In this document: positions 1 to 9,288 of the stretch, piece by piece
Layout of the letters: each line of letters begins with the position of its first letter
Numbering within the stretch: the stretch's first letter is position 1
DNA from: an uncultured delta proteobacterium
GTDB taxonomy: Bacteria; Desulfobacterota; Desulfobacteria; Desulfobacterales; Desulfatirhabdiaceae
Assembly (NCBI GenBank): GCA_963850225.1
Contig: CAWKLD010000002.1
Span: 10,107-74,106 of the forward strand
Direction of reading: 5' to 3'
DNA length: 64,000 bases
Program-made: the position numbers and the translations under genes
The notes under the pieces: generated by a model
Databases searched by the model: none
What the model saw: the letters and a program-made list of their open reading frames with translations, nothing else
Told to the model about the DNA's origin: nothing

Positions 1-1
1 G

Positions 2-556
2 ATGAGCCGGCTGGGCAAGGTGCTGGGTTTTGAAATGAAGGACAACATTCCTGCACCGCTTCTGAACATGTCCCAGGAATCGCTGATGACCCTGCTGGAC
101 AGTGTGGCGGTAAACTGGCTGGCCAACGACGGCGTCTGGTTTCAGGCCGTCGAATTTGAAAGCGGCATGAACGATGCCAAGCGATGCAACGACAGTTGCT
201 GGGCGCATTTTTCTCCGTTTGAAGCAAAATCCATCAAGCAATTCCTGAGTCTTTCAGATCAGCCCGGCCTTGCCGGATTGAGATCAGCCCTCAATTTCCG
301 GCTCTATGCCAGAATCAACACCCAGTCTTTTGATGAAGAAAGTGAAAACAGCCTTATCTTCCAGATGAATGAATGCCGGGTACAATCCGCCCGGAAGCGA
401 AAAGGCCTTCAGGACTATCCCTGCAAATCCGGCGGACTGGTGGAATACACCTATTTTGCCCGGGCAATCGACTCCCGGATCAAAACCGAATGCATCGGAT
501 GCCCGCCGGATGACCATCCGGATTCATGGTACTGCGCCTGGCGGTTTACAATCTAA
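2..556 (+). CDS. conserved hypothetical protein (DUF6125-like), possibly truncated at the window edge
   Basis: ORF 2..556 (184 aa) opens at the window edge. Cys-rich C-terminus (ECRVQSARKRKGLQDYPCKSGG...ECIGCPPDDHPDSWYCAW) that I associate with DUF6125; family name from memory only. Confidence 0.45.
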   Translation: MSRLGKVLGFEMKDNIPAPLLNMSQESLMTLLDSVAVNWLANDGVWFQAVEFESGMNDAKRCNDSCWAHFSPFEAKSIKQFLSLSDQPGLAGLRSALNFRLYARINTQSFDEESENSLIFQMNECRVQSARKRKGLQDYPCKSGGLVEYTYFARAIDSRIKTECIGCPPDDHPDSWYCAWRFTI

Positions 557-588
557 ATGGCGCTTCCCGGCTTCCGATTTGAATTTAG

Positions 589-604
589 TTGACAAATTGA
601 CCGA
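589..604 (+). promoter_or_regulatory. tandem TTGAYAAA-type motif (TTGACAAATTGACCGA), candidate -35/operator upstream of pdaD
   Basis: The 12-mer TTGACAAATTGA recurs identically at 7065 upstream of cooS. A related TTGATAAATTGACAAAT lies upstream of the ACS gene (36865-36881, minus strand). No convincing -10 seen here. Confidence 0.3.
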
Positions 605-725
605 TTGCGATTAAAAAAAAGAGTTTTTGTTCACCCATTTTTTTGCAATAACCATATTGGTTGCTGCCGGTTCCGGTGCGTATTCCGACGGCAAGCGTAT
701 CCTAACTGTTTGGGAGGGTCAATCC

Positions 726-1271
726 ATGTATGTACCGCGATATATGGTTTTCACCAAAGGCGTCGGCGTTGCCAAAGAAAAACTGTCTTCTTTTGAAAAC
801 GCCCTGCGTGAGGCGCGTATCGCTCACCTCAATCTTGTAACGGTTTCATCCATTTTCCCCCCGCACTGCAATATCATTGATATCGAAAAGGGAATTGACC
901 GTCTGGAACCCGGCGAAATAACGCACTGTGTAATGGCCAGAGAACAGATCAACGAACCCGGACGAAGAATTGTCGCCAGTATCGGGCTTGCCCTGCCCGC
1001 AGAAAGAGGCCGCTATGGTTATCTTTCAGAACATCATGGGTTTGGTCAGACCGAAATCGAGGCCGGCGATTATGCTGAAGACCTGGCGGCAACCATGCTT
1101 GCCAACACCTTGGGCATCGAATTCGATGCAGACAAGGATTATGATGAACGCCGGGAAGTTTATAAAATGTCCGGAAAAATCGTTAAATCCCAGCATACCA
1201 GCCAGGGCGCCCTGGGCGCTGAAGGCAATCTATGGACGACTGTCATTGCAGCGGCCATATTTGTAAAATAA
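726..1271 (+). CDS. pdaD: pyruvoyl-dependent arginine decarboxylase
   Basis: In-frame ATG at 726 inside ORF 627..1271, preceded by [22 protein letters not shown] start and [11 protein letters not shown] self-cleavage Ser-Ser region are typical of PdaD. About 181 aa. Confidence 0.85.
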   Translation: MYVPRYMVFTKGVGVAKEKLSSFENALREARIAHLNLVTVSSIFPPHCNIIDIEKGIDRLEPGEITHCVMAREQINEPGRRIVASIGLALPAERGRYGYLSEHHGFGQTEIEAGDYAEDLAATMLANTLGIEFDADKDYDERREVYKMSGKIVKSQHTSQGALGAEGNLWTTVIAAAIFVK

Positions 1272-1300
1272 GAGGTTCGATTTTAGTTCATGAGCATGCC

Positions 1301-2164
1301 ATGAGACCCCTTTCTTTTGGAGAGCCAGAATATCAGTCGCCTGACCCGGAGAGCGCACGGGTGATCGTGCTGCCACTATGCTATGAAAATGCGGTTTCAT
1401 ATGGAACCGGGACCGGCAGTGGACCGCTGCATATTCTGAATGCCTCTGTGCAACTGGAAATGATGGATGAAGAAACATTGATCAACTGGGGGGATATCGG
1501 CATTCTCACGCTGCCGCCGCTCTATCCTTCCCGGAATCCGGAGCAGGCTGTCAGCGAAATGAAGCAGGCTGCCCGATCTGCACTTGAAAAGCACCAATTT
1601 TTGCTGTCCCTTGGGGGCGACCATGCCATCTCCATTGGCCCCATCATGGCGGCTGCAGAGATTTTTCCCAATTTGGGCGTGCTTCAGGTTGATGCCCATC
1701 TGGATCTGAGAAACACCTGGAACGGGAGCCGGTACAATCATGCCTGCGTGATGCGCCGGGTGGTTGAAGACATGGCCCTTCCCGTAGTTCAGGTTGGTAT
1801 TCGCTCGTTTTCATCTGAAGAGGCCGATTTCATTCGGCATCGCGGCTTATCTCCTTTTTTTGCCCATAAAATTGCACAGAATGATCCGTCGTGGATTCAA
1901 GAAGTGGTCGAACGGCTGCCAGAGCACGTGTATATGACCATCGACCTGGATGGACTCGATCCATCGGTCCTGCCCGGTACCGGCACGCCGGAACCAGGCG
2001 GACTTCTTTACCGTCAGCTTGTCGGCCTGATTCAGGCTGTGGGACGATCCCGAAAAGTGGTGGCCGCCGATATTAACGAGCTGTCCAAAATCGAGGGAAC
2101 CACAGTTTCGGAATTTACGGCCGCCAAACTGGCAACAAAATTGTTCGTATATTGCTTGAATTGA
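1301..2164 (+). CDS. speB: agmatinase (arginase/ureohydrolase family)
   Basis: ATG 1301 within ORF 1232..2164. Mn-binding motifs GGDHAISIG, DAHLDLR and DLDGLDPS. Directly downstream of pdaD (arginine to agmatine to putrescine). Confidence 0.85.
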   Translation: MRPLSFGEPEYQSPDPESARVIVLPLCYENAVSYGTGTGSGPLHILNASVQLEMMDEETLINWGDIGILTLPPLYPSRNPEQAVSEMKQAARSALEKHQFLLSLGGDHAISIGPIMAAAEIFPNLGVLQVDAHLDLRNTWNGSRYNHACVMRRVVEDMALPVVQVGIRSFSSEEADFIRHRGLSPFFAHKIAQNDPSWIQEVVERLPEHVYMTIDLDGLDPSVLPGTGTPEPGGLLYRQLVGLIQAVGRSRKVVAADINELSKIEGTTVSEFTAAKLATKLFVYCLN

Positions 2165-2189
2165 GGCTCGGACTCCAGGAGAGACAACC

Positions 2190-3146
2190 ATGCATAAATT
2201 AATGATTGTGGATGACGATGCGATCCTTGCCACGCATCTTGAAGAACTCCTGGTTGCAATGGGATATCATGTGCTTGCAGTTTCTTCATCCGGACAAGAA
2301 GCCATTGATATCGCCCGTCAGGTCTTGCCTGATCTGATCCTGATGGACATTCTCTTTGCAAACCAGGATATGGACGGCATCGAAGCCGCCGGAATCATAA
2401 ACCAGGAGCTGGACATCCCAGTTGTTTATATATCCGGCCATTCTCAGGAAGAAATCATTCAGCGGTCCCGGACATCCGGAGCTTACGGATTTCTGTCCAA
2501 ACCGCTCTCCACGGAACAAATCAAACCGACGGTAGAGATTGCCATCTATAAAAAAGAAGCGGATCGAAAACTTCGCAAAGCCTTCGATGAACTGGACAGA
2601 CAGGTCATGGCACGCACTGCGGAATTATCGCGTGCAAACAAACTGCTGAGCACGGAAGCCGCCGAACGGAAACGGGTGAATCTTGAACTTCAGGAAAAGA
2701 AAAGAGAACTTGAATATAAATCCCTGAATCTTGAAGAAACCAATGCTGCGCTGAAGGTCTTATTAAAGCAGCGAAAAGAAGACCGTCTGCAACTGGAAGA
2801 AAAAGTCATTGCCAATGTCCGGGAATTTGTGCTTCCTTTCATTGAAAGACTGAAACAGACCGGACTTACCGACACCCAATCCACATTCACCGGAATTGTT
2901 GAGACCAACTTGAAAGACATTACCGCACCGTTTTCCCCCAAACTCTCCCCCCGGTACATGACCTTGACACCTAACGAAATTAACGTGGTCAACCTGGTCA
3001 AACAAGGCAAAAGAACCCGTGAGATCGCTGACCTTCTGGATCGCACATACGGCACGGTCGGCTCACGAAGGTGTCATATTCGAAAGAAAATCGGCATTAA
3101 GGGGAAAAAAGCCAATCTCAGGACCCAACTTCTGTCTTACCAGTGA
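2190..3146 (+). CDS. response regulator: receiver domain, coiled coil and LuxR-type HTH
   Basis: N-terminus MIVDDD...LILMDI...SKPL receiver. Long Glu/Lys/Leu coiled-coil segment. C-terminus LTPNEINVVNLVKQGKRTREIADLL...IRKKIG is a LuxR/GerE HTH. Confidence 0.8.
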   Translation: MHKLMIVDDDAILATHLEELLVAMGYHVLAVSSSGQEAIDIARQVLPDLILMDILFANQDMDGIEAAGIINQELDIPVVYISGHSQEEIIQRSRTSGAYGFLSKPLSTEQIKPTVEIAIYKKEADRKLRKAFDELDRQVMARTAELSRANKLLSTEAAERKRVNLELQEKKRELEYKSLNLEETNAALKVLLKQRKEDRLQLEEKVIANVREFVLPFIERLKQTGLTDTQSTFTGIVETNLKDITAPFSPKLSPRYMTLTPNEINVVNLVKQGKRTREIADLLDRTYGTVGSRRCHIRKKIGIKGKKANLRTQLLSYQ

Positions 3147-4728
3147 TTCGGTCCACCCATTTCCAGTGAATTCTGTCTGCTGTCACGGAATATTTCAGAA
3201 AGCCGTTCTCCAGCGCATTGGACAGCGCGGATACCAGTTTGTCACGGCCGGCACCTGTCGCCGGCAGATGATCCGCCAGGTCATTCAATAAGTCACGGGA
3301 ATATTTCGCTGGAGAGCGGATTGTCCAATCCCCCAGTTTTTCAAGCGCATTTTCCATCATCATGTCATAGATGACCACGGTGCGTTCCAGGTTCACCAGA
3401 GGCCAAGCCTCTTCTTCCGACGCTTCTCCAGCAGCCATGCGTTCGGCAACGAGACCAAGATACCGTTTGAAATCGTTTTCCCAGTGAATGACGATTTCAT
3501 CCAGCATCTGGCGGCTTACCGCCGGTGTTTCAACGATGGCCCGGTTGGCATGATAATCTGACCAGTCGTTTGAAAGAATCTTAATTCCCAGCTTGTCGCA
3601 GTCCTGCCGAACCCTTGTACCGGGAAAAGGGGCAAGCAAATGAAATCCATACGAAACCCCCAGTTTTTTTAGCTCCTCGCCAAAGGCAAGGGTTTCCTTC
3701 AGGGTTTCCGGCGTCTCTCCCGGCAGGCCCAGAATAAACGAGCCATGCGGCTGAAGCCCGACCTGATTGCACAGGTTTACTGCCTCAATCACCTGGCTTA
3801 AGGTAATTCCCTTTCGAATGGTTTTCAAAATATCGGCGTTTCCGGATTCAAGGCCGAAACTGACCGCCTGGCAGCCTGCATCTTTCATCCGCTGGAGAAC
3901 TTTCAGAGAAACCGTATCCACTCGCGCAAACGATGTCCATTTGACTTTCAGGTTTCTTTTCAGAATCTCATCGCATACCGCGAGGCAGTGCTGGGCGTTG
4001 GCGGTAAAGAGATCATCGGCCACATTGATCTGACAGAAACTGTAACCGGCCAGGATCCCCATTTCATCCACCACTTTTACCGGATCACGGTATCGGACCT
4101 TCGCCCCCACCATTTTTCTGCCCACGCAAAATATGCATGGATACGGACAGCCGCGACTCGTGGTCATGGAAATCGGCATTCCCAGTGCCCGGTATCTGCC
4201 AAGCGCCAGAAGATGCCGGGCAGGCGTCTCCAGCCTATTCACGTCAATGGGATGGGACCTTTTTCCGGTTGAAACAATGCAGTCAGCCTGACGAAACACC
4301 AGTCCGGGAATGTCCTGCCAGTTTCTTCCTTTGCCGGCCGCTGCGACAATTTCGACAAGGGTATCCTCGCCTTCCCCCAAAACCGCAATATCCAGCTCCG
4401 GATAGGCAGATAGCGAAGTTTCGGCGCAAAAGGTCACGTGCGGACCGCCCATGACCGTCAGACAGCCTGGATGCCATCTCCTGGCATCCTGAATGATTCC
4501 GATAGCACGGTCAAACGTCATGGTAACAGCAGTTGCAGCGACAATATCGGGATTGAATTGCGCCAGCTTCGACCGGAAATCGGCTTCAATATAGGGGAAA
4601 ACCACATAATCGAGGATCTCGACTTCAACGCCGGCTTTTTCCAGGGCCGCGGCCAGATAAGCCAGGCCCAGCGGCGGCGAAGGGTTTTCGGACAAGGGAT
4701 AAAATGGATTGATCAATAAACAGCGCAT
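3118..4728 (-). CDS. B12-binding domain radical SAM protein
   Basis: 536 aa. N-terminus LINPFYP...PPLGLAYLAAAL...MGGPHVTF is a B12-binding-like domain. SRGCPYPCIFCVG carries the CX3CX2C radical SAM motif. Its 3' end overlaps the convergent regulator by 29 nt. Confidence 0.8.
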   Translation of the reverse strand: MRCLLINPFYPLSENPSPPLGLAYLAAALEKAGVEVEILDYVVFPYIEADFRSKLAQFNPDIVAATAVTMTFDRAIGIIQDARRWHPGCLTVMGGPHVTFCAETSLSAYPELDIAVLGEGEDTLVEIVAAAGKGRNWQDIPGLVFRQADCIVSTGKRSHPIDVNRLETPARHLLALGRYRALGMPISMTTSRGCPYPCIFCVGRKMVGAKVRYRDPVKVVDEMGILAGYSFCQINVADDLFTANAQHCLAVCDEILKRNLKVKWTSFARVDTVSLKVLQRMKDAGCQAVSFGLESGNADILKTIRKGITLSQVIEAVNLCNQVGLQPHGSFILGLPGETPETLKETLAFGEELKKLGVSYGFHLLAPFPGTRVRQDCDKLGIKILSNDWSDYHANRAIVETPAVSRQMLDEIVIHWENDFKRYLGLVAERMAAGEASEEEAWPLVNLERTVVIYDMMMENALEKLGDWTIRSPAKYSRDLLNDLADHLPATGAGRDKLVSALSNALENGFLKYSVTADRIHWKWVDRITGKTEVGS

Positions 4729-4819
4729 TAACCTCTACCCTGGCAAGGACTGACGGCTGAGGTCAAACACAGCGCCAATCAATAAGTGCAATCAGTCTTC
4801 TGCCTACAGCAACAAAATT

Positions 4820-4851
4820 AAAAAAAAATGGCCCGAGCAATGCTTCGGGCC
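4820..4851 (-). terminator. rho-independent terminator downstream of fhs
   Basis: GGCCCGA / TCGGGCC 7-bp stem (4830-4836 / 4845-4851) with an 8-nt loop. It is followed on the minus strand by a T9 run (A9 at 4820-4828 on plus). Confidence 0.6.
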
Positions 4852-4949
4852 ATCAATAACTATCGTTAAAGGAAAAGTTTAAAGGCCAGAGACGATACAG
4901 AGGTTTTCAGACCCTTGTCAGCCCCTGGCCGCTGATGATGTCACTCGGA

Positions 4950-6713
4950 TTAGAACAGACCGCTGACTTTTCCGGTTTCTGTATCCACGTCGATTCTTCT
5001 GAATGCCGGATTGGAACTGGTTCCAGGCATCATTGTGATGGCGCCTGCACAGGGGCAGAGGAATTTGGCGCCGGAATAAATGAGAATGTCCCGAATCGGC
5101 AGGGTCCATCCTTTGGGCACGCCCTTCAGCGTCGGCTCATGGGTCAGGCTCAGGTGGGTTTTCACCATCATGGTGGCGTAATCCGCATATTTGGGATCAC
5201 TTTCCAGCATTTTTGCTTTGGCCTCGGCCTCAGGCGTCCAGGATACACCGTCTGCACCGTAAACTTCCTTGGCGATCAAAGAGACACGGTCGCGAAGCTT
5301 GGTTTCCAGCGGATACAGGAATTTAAAGTCATTGGTGTCGTTGCAGGCATCGATAACAGCGTCAGCAAGTTCCAGAGCCCCGTCTCCACCATCAGCCCAG
5401 TGGGTCGACTTGGCGCAGCGGGCGCCGGCTGCTTCGGCAGCTTTGCGGACGATGGCAACTTCCGCATCGGTATCGGTATGAAAGCAGTTGACGCAGACGA
5501 CCGGATTGATGCCGGCTTTTCGAATGGTCTTGATGTGGTGAACCATATTCTCGCAGCCTTTTTCCACCAGCTCCAGATTCTCCTTAACATAAGCTTCGGG
5601 AAGCGCGATACCGGCGACAACCTTGGGACCGCCGCCGTGCATCTTGAGGGCGCGGATGGTGGTGGTCAGAACGGAAACATGGGGTTTGAGTCCGCTGTTA
5701 CGGCATTTCACATTCCAGAACTTCTCGAATCCGATGTCTGCGGCAAAACCACTCTCGGTGACATGGTAATCGAACATTTTCAGACCGATCCGGTCGGCAA
5801 TGATGGAAGACTGTCCAACGGCGATATTGGCAAATGGACCTGCGTGAATCATGCAGGGCTGATGCTCGGCAGTGCTCAGAAGCGTGGGGTTGATGGTGTT
5901 GCGCATAAACGCGGCCATGGCGTTGCCGACTTCCAGGTCGCCGGTGGTTACCGGTTTTCCGCTCTTGTCAAAGCCGACGGTGATTTCATTGAGGCGCTTT
6001 TTCAGATCGGCCAGATCCCGAATGATGGACAAAATGGCCATGCACTCGGAACCAACGGCAATGCCGAACTTGGACTGCATGGTATAACCATCGGTTCTGC
6101 CGCCGATGCCGATAATGATGTTTCTGAGAGACTGGGCGCAAAAATCGATAATCCATCCCATTTCAATCCGGGTGGGGTCAAGATCGAGACGGCGCATTTT
6201 GGTAAGACGCGCAAGCTGCTCATCGTTGTAATTGCGCTCATGCTGCATTCTGGCGGTCAGAGCGACCATTGCCAGGTTGTGGGCATTCATGATGTCGTTG
6301 ATATCACCGGTCAGGCCAAGTGAAAACTCGGTCATGGGGATGATCAATGCGTTACCGCCGCCAGCAGCCGTTCCTTTAACGTTCATGGTCGGACCGCCCG
6401 AGGGCTGGCGAAGCGCGCCGCCGACGCTTTTGCCGCGTTTTCCAAGGCCTTCCATCAGGCCGACGGAAGTGGTGCTCTTGCCTTCGCCCAGAGGAGTCGG
6501 GGTGATGGCGGTGACTTCGACGTATTTGCCGTCCGGTCTGTTCTGGAGGCGGTTGATGATCTTGAGAAAATCAAGCTTGGCCAGTCTTCCCATGGGAAGT
6601 ATTTCATCTTTTTCCAGGCCCAGTTCGTCTCGCCATTGATCCGGCGTTTTCATATGGGCTTCGGCAGCTTCGGAAATCTGCCAGTCTTGCATTTCTACAG
6701 CATTGTAAGCCAT
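4950..6713 (-). CDS. fhs: formate--tetrahydrofolate ligase
   Basis: 587 aa. Hallmark [18 protein letters not shown]-loop region and overall collinearity with FTHFS. Confidence 0.95.
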   Translation of the reverse strand: MAYNAVEMQDWQISEAAEAHMKTPDQWRDELGLEKDEILPMGRLAKLDFLKIINRLQNRPDGKYVEVTAITPTPLGEGKSTTSVGLMEGLGKRGKSVGGALRQPSGGPTMNVKGTAAGGGNALIIPMTEFSLGLTGDINDIMNAHNLAMVALTARMQHERNYNDEQLARLTKMRRLDLDPTRIEMGWIIDFCAQSLRNIIIGIGGRTDGYTMQSKFGIAVGSECMAILSIIRDLADLKKRLNEITVGFDKSGKPVTTGDLEVGNAMAAFMRNTINPTLLSTAEHQPCMIHAGPFANIAVGQSSIIADRIGLKMFDYHVTESGFAADIGFEKFWNVKCRNSGLKPHVSVLTTTIRALKMHGGGPKVVAGIALPEAYVKENLELVEKGCENMVHHIKTIRKAGINPVVCVNCFHTDTDAEVAIVRKAAEAAGARCAKSTHWADGGDGALELADAVIDACNDTNDFKFLYPLETKLRDRVSLIAKEVYGADGVSWTPEAEAKAKMLESDPKYADYATMMVKTHLSLTHEPTLKGVPKGWTLPIRDILIYSGAKFLCPCAGAITMMPGTSSNPAFRRIDVDTETGKVSGLF

Positions 6714-7064
6714 TGATTCGTTCCTCCTCTGAATTGATGATTAATAATTTTGGAACCTGTTAAAGCATCCGGGGTTCCCTAGCGGATCCAGTACAATTAT
6801 AGGAAGATGAGCCCCAATTCCTGTTGTCAGGCATATGGGATAATTGTTATCGTCAAAAGGCAATATGCATGTTGTCGTTACAAACAGGGGATCGCGTTGC
6901 AGAAGCTGTTCACATACCCTTTATTATCCCTTTTCAGTATCATGGGACAGGCGTTTTGGCAAGCAATAAAAAGACGGTTTTGACATATCGATATCATCCC
7001 GTGTCAGACAGATGTCAAATAAAAGACTTTACAACTTAAATATAAATGACGTTAATAGATTTGC

Positions 7065-7093
7065 TTGACAAATTGATAATGAACAATTATTCT
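7065..7093 (+). promoter_or_regulatory. candidate sigma-70 promoter of cooS (TTGACA-N17-TATTCT) overlapping a near-palindrome
   Basis: TTGACA 7065-7070, 17-nt spacer, TATTCT 7088-7093, about 90 nt upstream of the cooS ATG. ATTGATAATTATTCTCAAT near-palindrome lies immediately downstream. Confidence 0.4.
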
Positions 7094-7183
7094 ATTGATA
7101 ATTATTCTCAATAAATGTATCTGATCGCCAATATTCTACATCCAACTGCTCCAACCACAATAATCTCATGAAGGGAGAACAAA

Positions 7184-9157
7184 ATGGAACCCAAAAAAAC
7201 GGATACCTTGAAGCTGATTAACCCCAGCGATGTGACCATCTGTGAAGCCACTGCCCAGATGCTTCGAAAAGCCCAGAGAGACGGCGTTGAAACGGCCTTT
7301 GACCGCGCCGCCAACATGAAAGCCTGCCCCATCGGTGCGGATTCGGCCTGCTGCAAGCACTGCGCCATGGGACCCTGCCGACTGAATTCCAAAGATCCTT
7401 ACGGAAAAGTCGGAGTCTGCGGCGCAGACATCGACACGATTCAGGCCCGGAATTTCGCACGCATGGTGGCTTCCGGTTCAGCCGCACATACCGACCACGG
7501 CATGGGCATTCTGGATCTGTTCCGCGGCGTGGTCAACGGTAAAATCACCGACTACAAAATCAAAGACACCGTCAAGCTGGAAAATGTCGCCAAATCCATT
7601 GGCATCGAAGTGGAAGGCAAAAGCACCACCGAAATTGCCAAAGAGCTCTATACCGAACTTGAAAAGACCTACACGCAGCTTGAAGGGGAAATTCCTTTCA
7701 TGAAGCGGGTGCCCATCAAGACTTTGGAAAACTGGCGAAAACACAATATCGTTCCCCGGGGCGCCATGCGCGAAATCATGGAGATGATGCACCGGACCCA
7801 TATGGGCGTTGATCAGCAGTATGAAAACATCACCCAGCAGTTCAGCCGGACCGCGCTTTCCGACGGATGGGGCGGATCCATGATTGCAACAGAATTGGAA
7901 GATATCATGTTCGGCACCCCTTCTCCGGTCAGTGTCGAAGTCAACATGGGCGTTCTGAAAGAAAACCAGGTCAATATCATCATCCACGGACACGAGCCGA
8001 GCCTGTTTGAATCGATGCTCGAATCGGTTCGAGAACCCACCCTGATTCAGGCAGCCAAAGACGCAGGCGCAGCCGGCATCAACCTGGTCGGGATGTGCTG
8101 CTCGGGCGCTGAAATGCTGGTTCGCCACGGCATTCCGCATGCCGGAAACTTCATGTCCACCGAGGCGGTTCTGGTGACCGGTGCGGTCGATGCCCTGGGT
8201 GTCGATGTTCAATGCATCAAGCAGGGCCTGGCCAAAGTTGCCGCATGCTATGGCACGCCGATGTTTACCACCAATTCCCGGTGCAAGATCGAGGGAGCCG
8301 TGCACATCCAATTTGATGACCATGATGCAAAAGCCTGCACGGACGAAATCGTCATCAAGGCCATTACCCGTTTTAAAAACAGAACCTGCCCCATTGAAAT
8401 CCCCAAAAATGTCAACACCGGCGTTCACGGATTTTCTCACGAATACATCAGCTACATGCTGGGCGGCAGTTTCAGGGCCAGCTACACGCCGTTGAACGAC
8501 AACATCATCAACGGCCGAATCCGGGGCGTTGCCGGCGTTGTCGGCTGCACCAACCCCAGAGTCAAACAGGACTGGGTCCATGTGGAGCTTGTCAAAGAAC
8601 TGATTAAAAACGATGTCCTGGTGCTTCAGACCGGGTGTTCCCAGATCGCTCTGGCCAAGGCCGGACTCACGGTTCCGGAAGCCGCGGTCATGGCCGGTCC
8701 CGGCCTCAGGGAAGTCTGCGAAACCGTCGGCATGCCGCCGGTCCTGGGCCTTGGCGCCTGCGTAGACAACAGCCGTATTCTGGTCGCCGCATCCCAGATG
8801 GTCAAGGAAGGCGGCCTGGGAGACACCATCGCCGGCCTTCCGGTTGCAGGCGCTGCTCCGGAATGGATGAGTGAAAAAGCCATTGCCATCGGACAGTATT
8901 TTGTGGCATCAGGCGTCTACACGGTTTTTGGCGTCACCTTTCCGATCGTTGAGGGAACCCGCTTCCACAAACATTTGTTTGAGGAACTGGAAGAAATGGG
9001 CATGGGCAAATGGGGATTTACACCGGACCCCTATGAAATGGCGCGCATGATGATTGCCCATATCGACAAGAAAAGAAAGGCCCTTGGCCTGGATAAATCC
9101 CGCGAACGCGTCCTTGTGGATATGGCAGACCGTAGAGCCATGGAAGCCGCCGCATAA
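7184..9157 (+). CDS. cooS: anaerobic carbon-monoxide dehydrogenase catalytic subunit
   Basis: 657 aa. N-terminal cluster motif CPIGADSACCKHCAMGPCRL and the GMCCSG region are typical of Ni-CODH CooS. No cooC/cooF/acsB adjacent. Confidence 0.95.
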   Translation: MEPKKTDTLKLINPSDVTICEATAQMLRKAQRDGVETAFDRAANMKACPIGADSACCKHCAMGPCRLNSKDPYGKVGVCGADIDTIQARNFARMVASGSAAHTDHGMGILDLFRGVVNGKITDYKIKDTVKLENVAKSIGIEVEGKSTTEIAKELYTELEKTYTQLEGEIPFMKRVPIKTLENWRKHNIVPRGAMREIMEMMHRTHMGVDQQYENITQQFSRTALSDGWGGSMIATELEDIMFGTPSPVSVEVNMGVLKENQVNIIIHGHEPSLFESMLESVREPTLIQAAKDAGAAGINLVGMCCSGAEMLVRHGIPHAGNFMSTEAVLVTGAVDALGVDVQCIKQGLAKVAACYGTPMFTTNSRCKIEGAVHIQFDDHDAKACTDEIVIKAITRFKNRTCPIEIPKNVNTGVHGFSHEYISYMLGGSFRASYTPLNDNIINGRIRGVAGVVGCTNPRVKQDWVHVELVKELIKNDVLVLQTGCSQIALAKAGLTVPEAAVMAGPGLREVCETVGMPPVLGLGACVDNSRILVAASQMVKEGGLGDTIAGLPVAGAAPEWMSEKAIAIGQYFVASGVYTVFGVTFPIVEGTRFHKHLFEELEEMGMGKWGFTPDPYEMARMMIAHIDKKRKALGLDKSRERVLVDMADRRAMEAAA

Positions 9158-9177
9158 ATACGCAATCTGAAGCACAA

Positions 9178-9210
9178 GGGGCGGCCGTCCGGTCGCCCCT
9201 ATTAATCTTC
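9178..9210 (+). terminator. GC-rich hairpin terminator between convergent cooS and the sigma-54 activator
   Basis: GGGGCGGCC-GTCC-GGTCGCCCC hairpin (9178-9199) followed by T-rich TATTAATCTTCC. Confidence 0.5.
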
Positions 9211-9288
9211 CTTTCCATCGGGATGCATCAGTGATCGTTCTCTGATACTACCGCGCAGTTCATACCATCTTCCTGGTTTCTTACAATC

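Noticed and set aside
4935-6323. 462-aa ORF on the plus strand
   Set aside because: It is entirely antisense to the unmistakable fhs gene. The Gly/Ala/Val-rich, motif-free translation is typical of shadow ORFs in GC-biased coding DNA.
6985-6994. ATATCGATAT palindrome and TGTCAGACAGATGTCA in the fhs/cooS divergent region as CooA/CRP-FNR sites
   Set aside because: Neither matches the spacing of TTGAT-N4-ATCAA or TGTCA-N6-CGACA type sites, and short palindromes are expected by chance.
7478-8581. 367-aa ORF on the minus strand
   Set aside because: Antisense shadow of cooS, with no recognisable domain. The same reasoning applies to 9430..10287, 58647..59249 and 60057..60641, which are opposite the activator and cobW genes.
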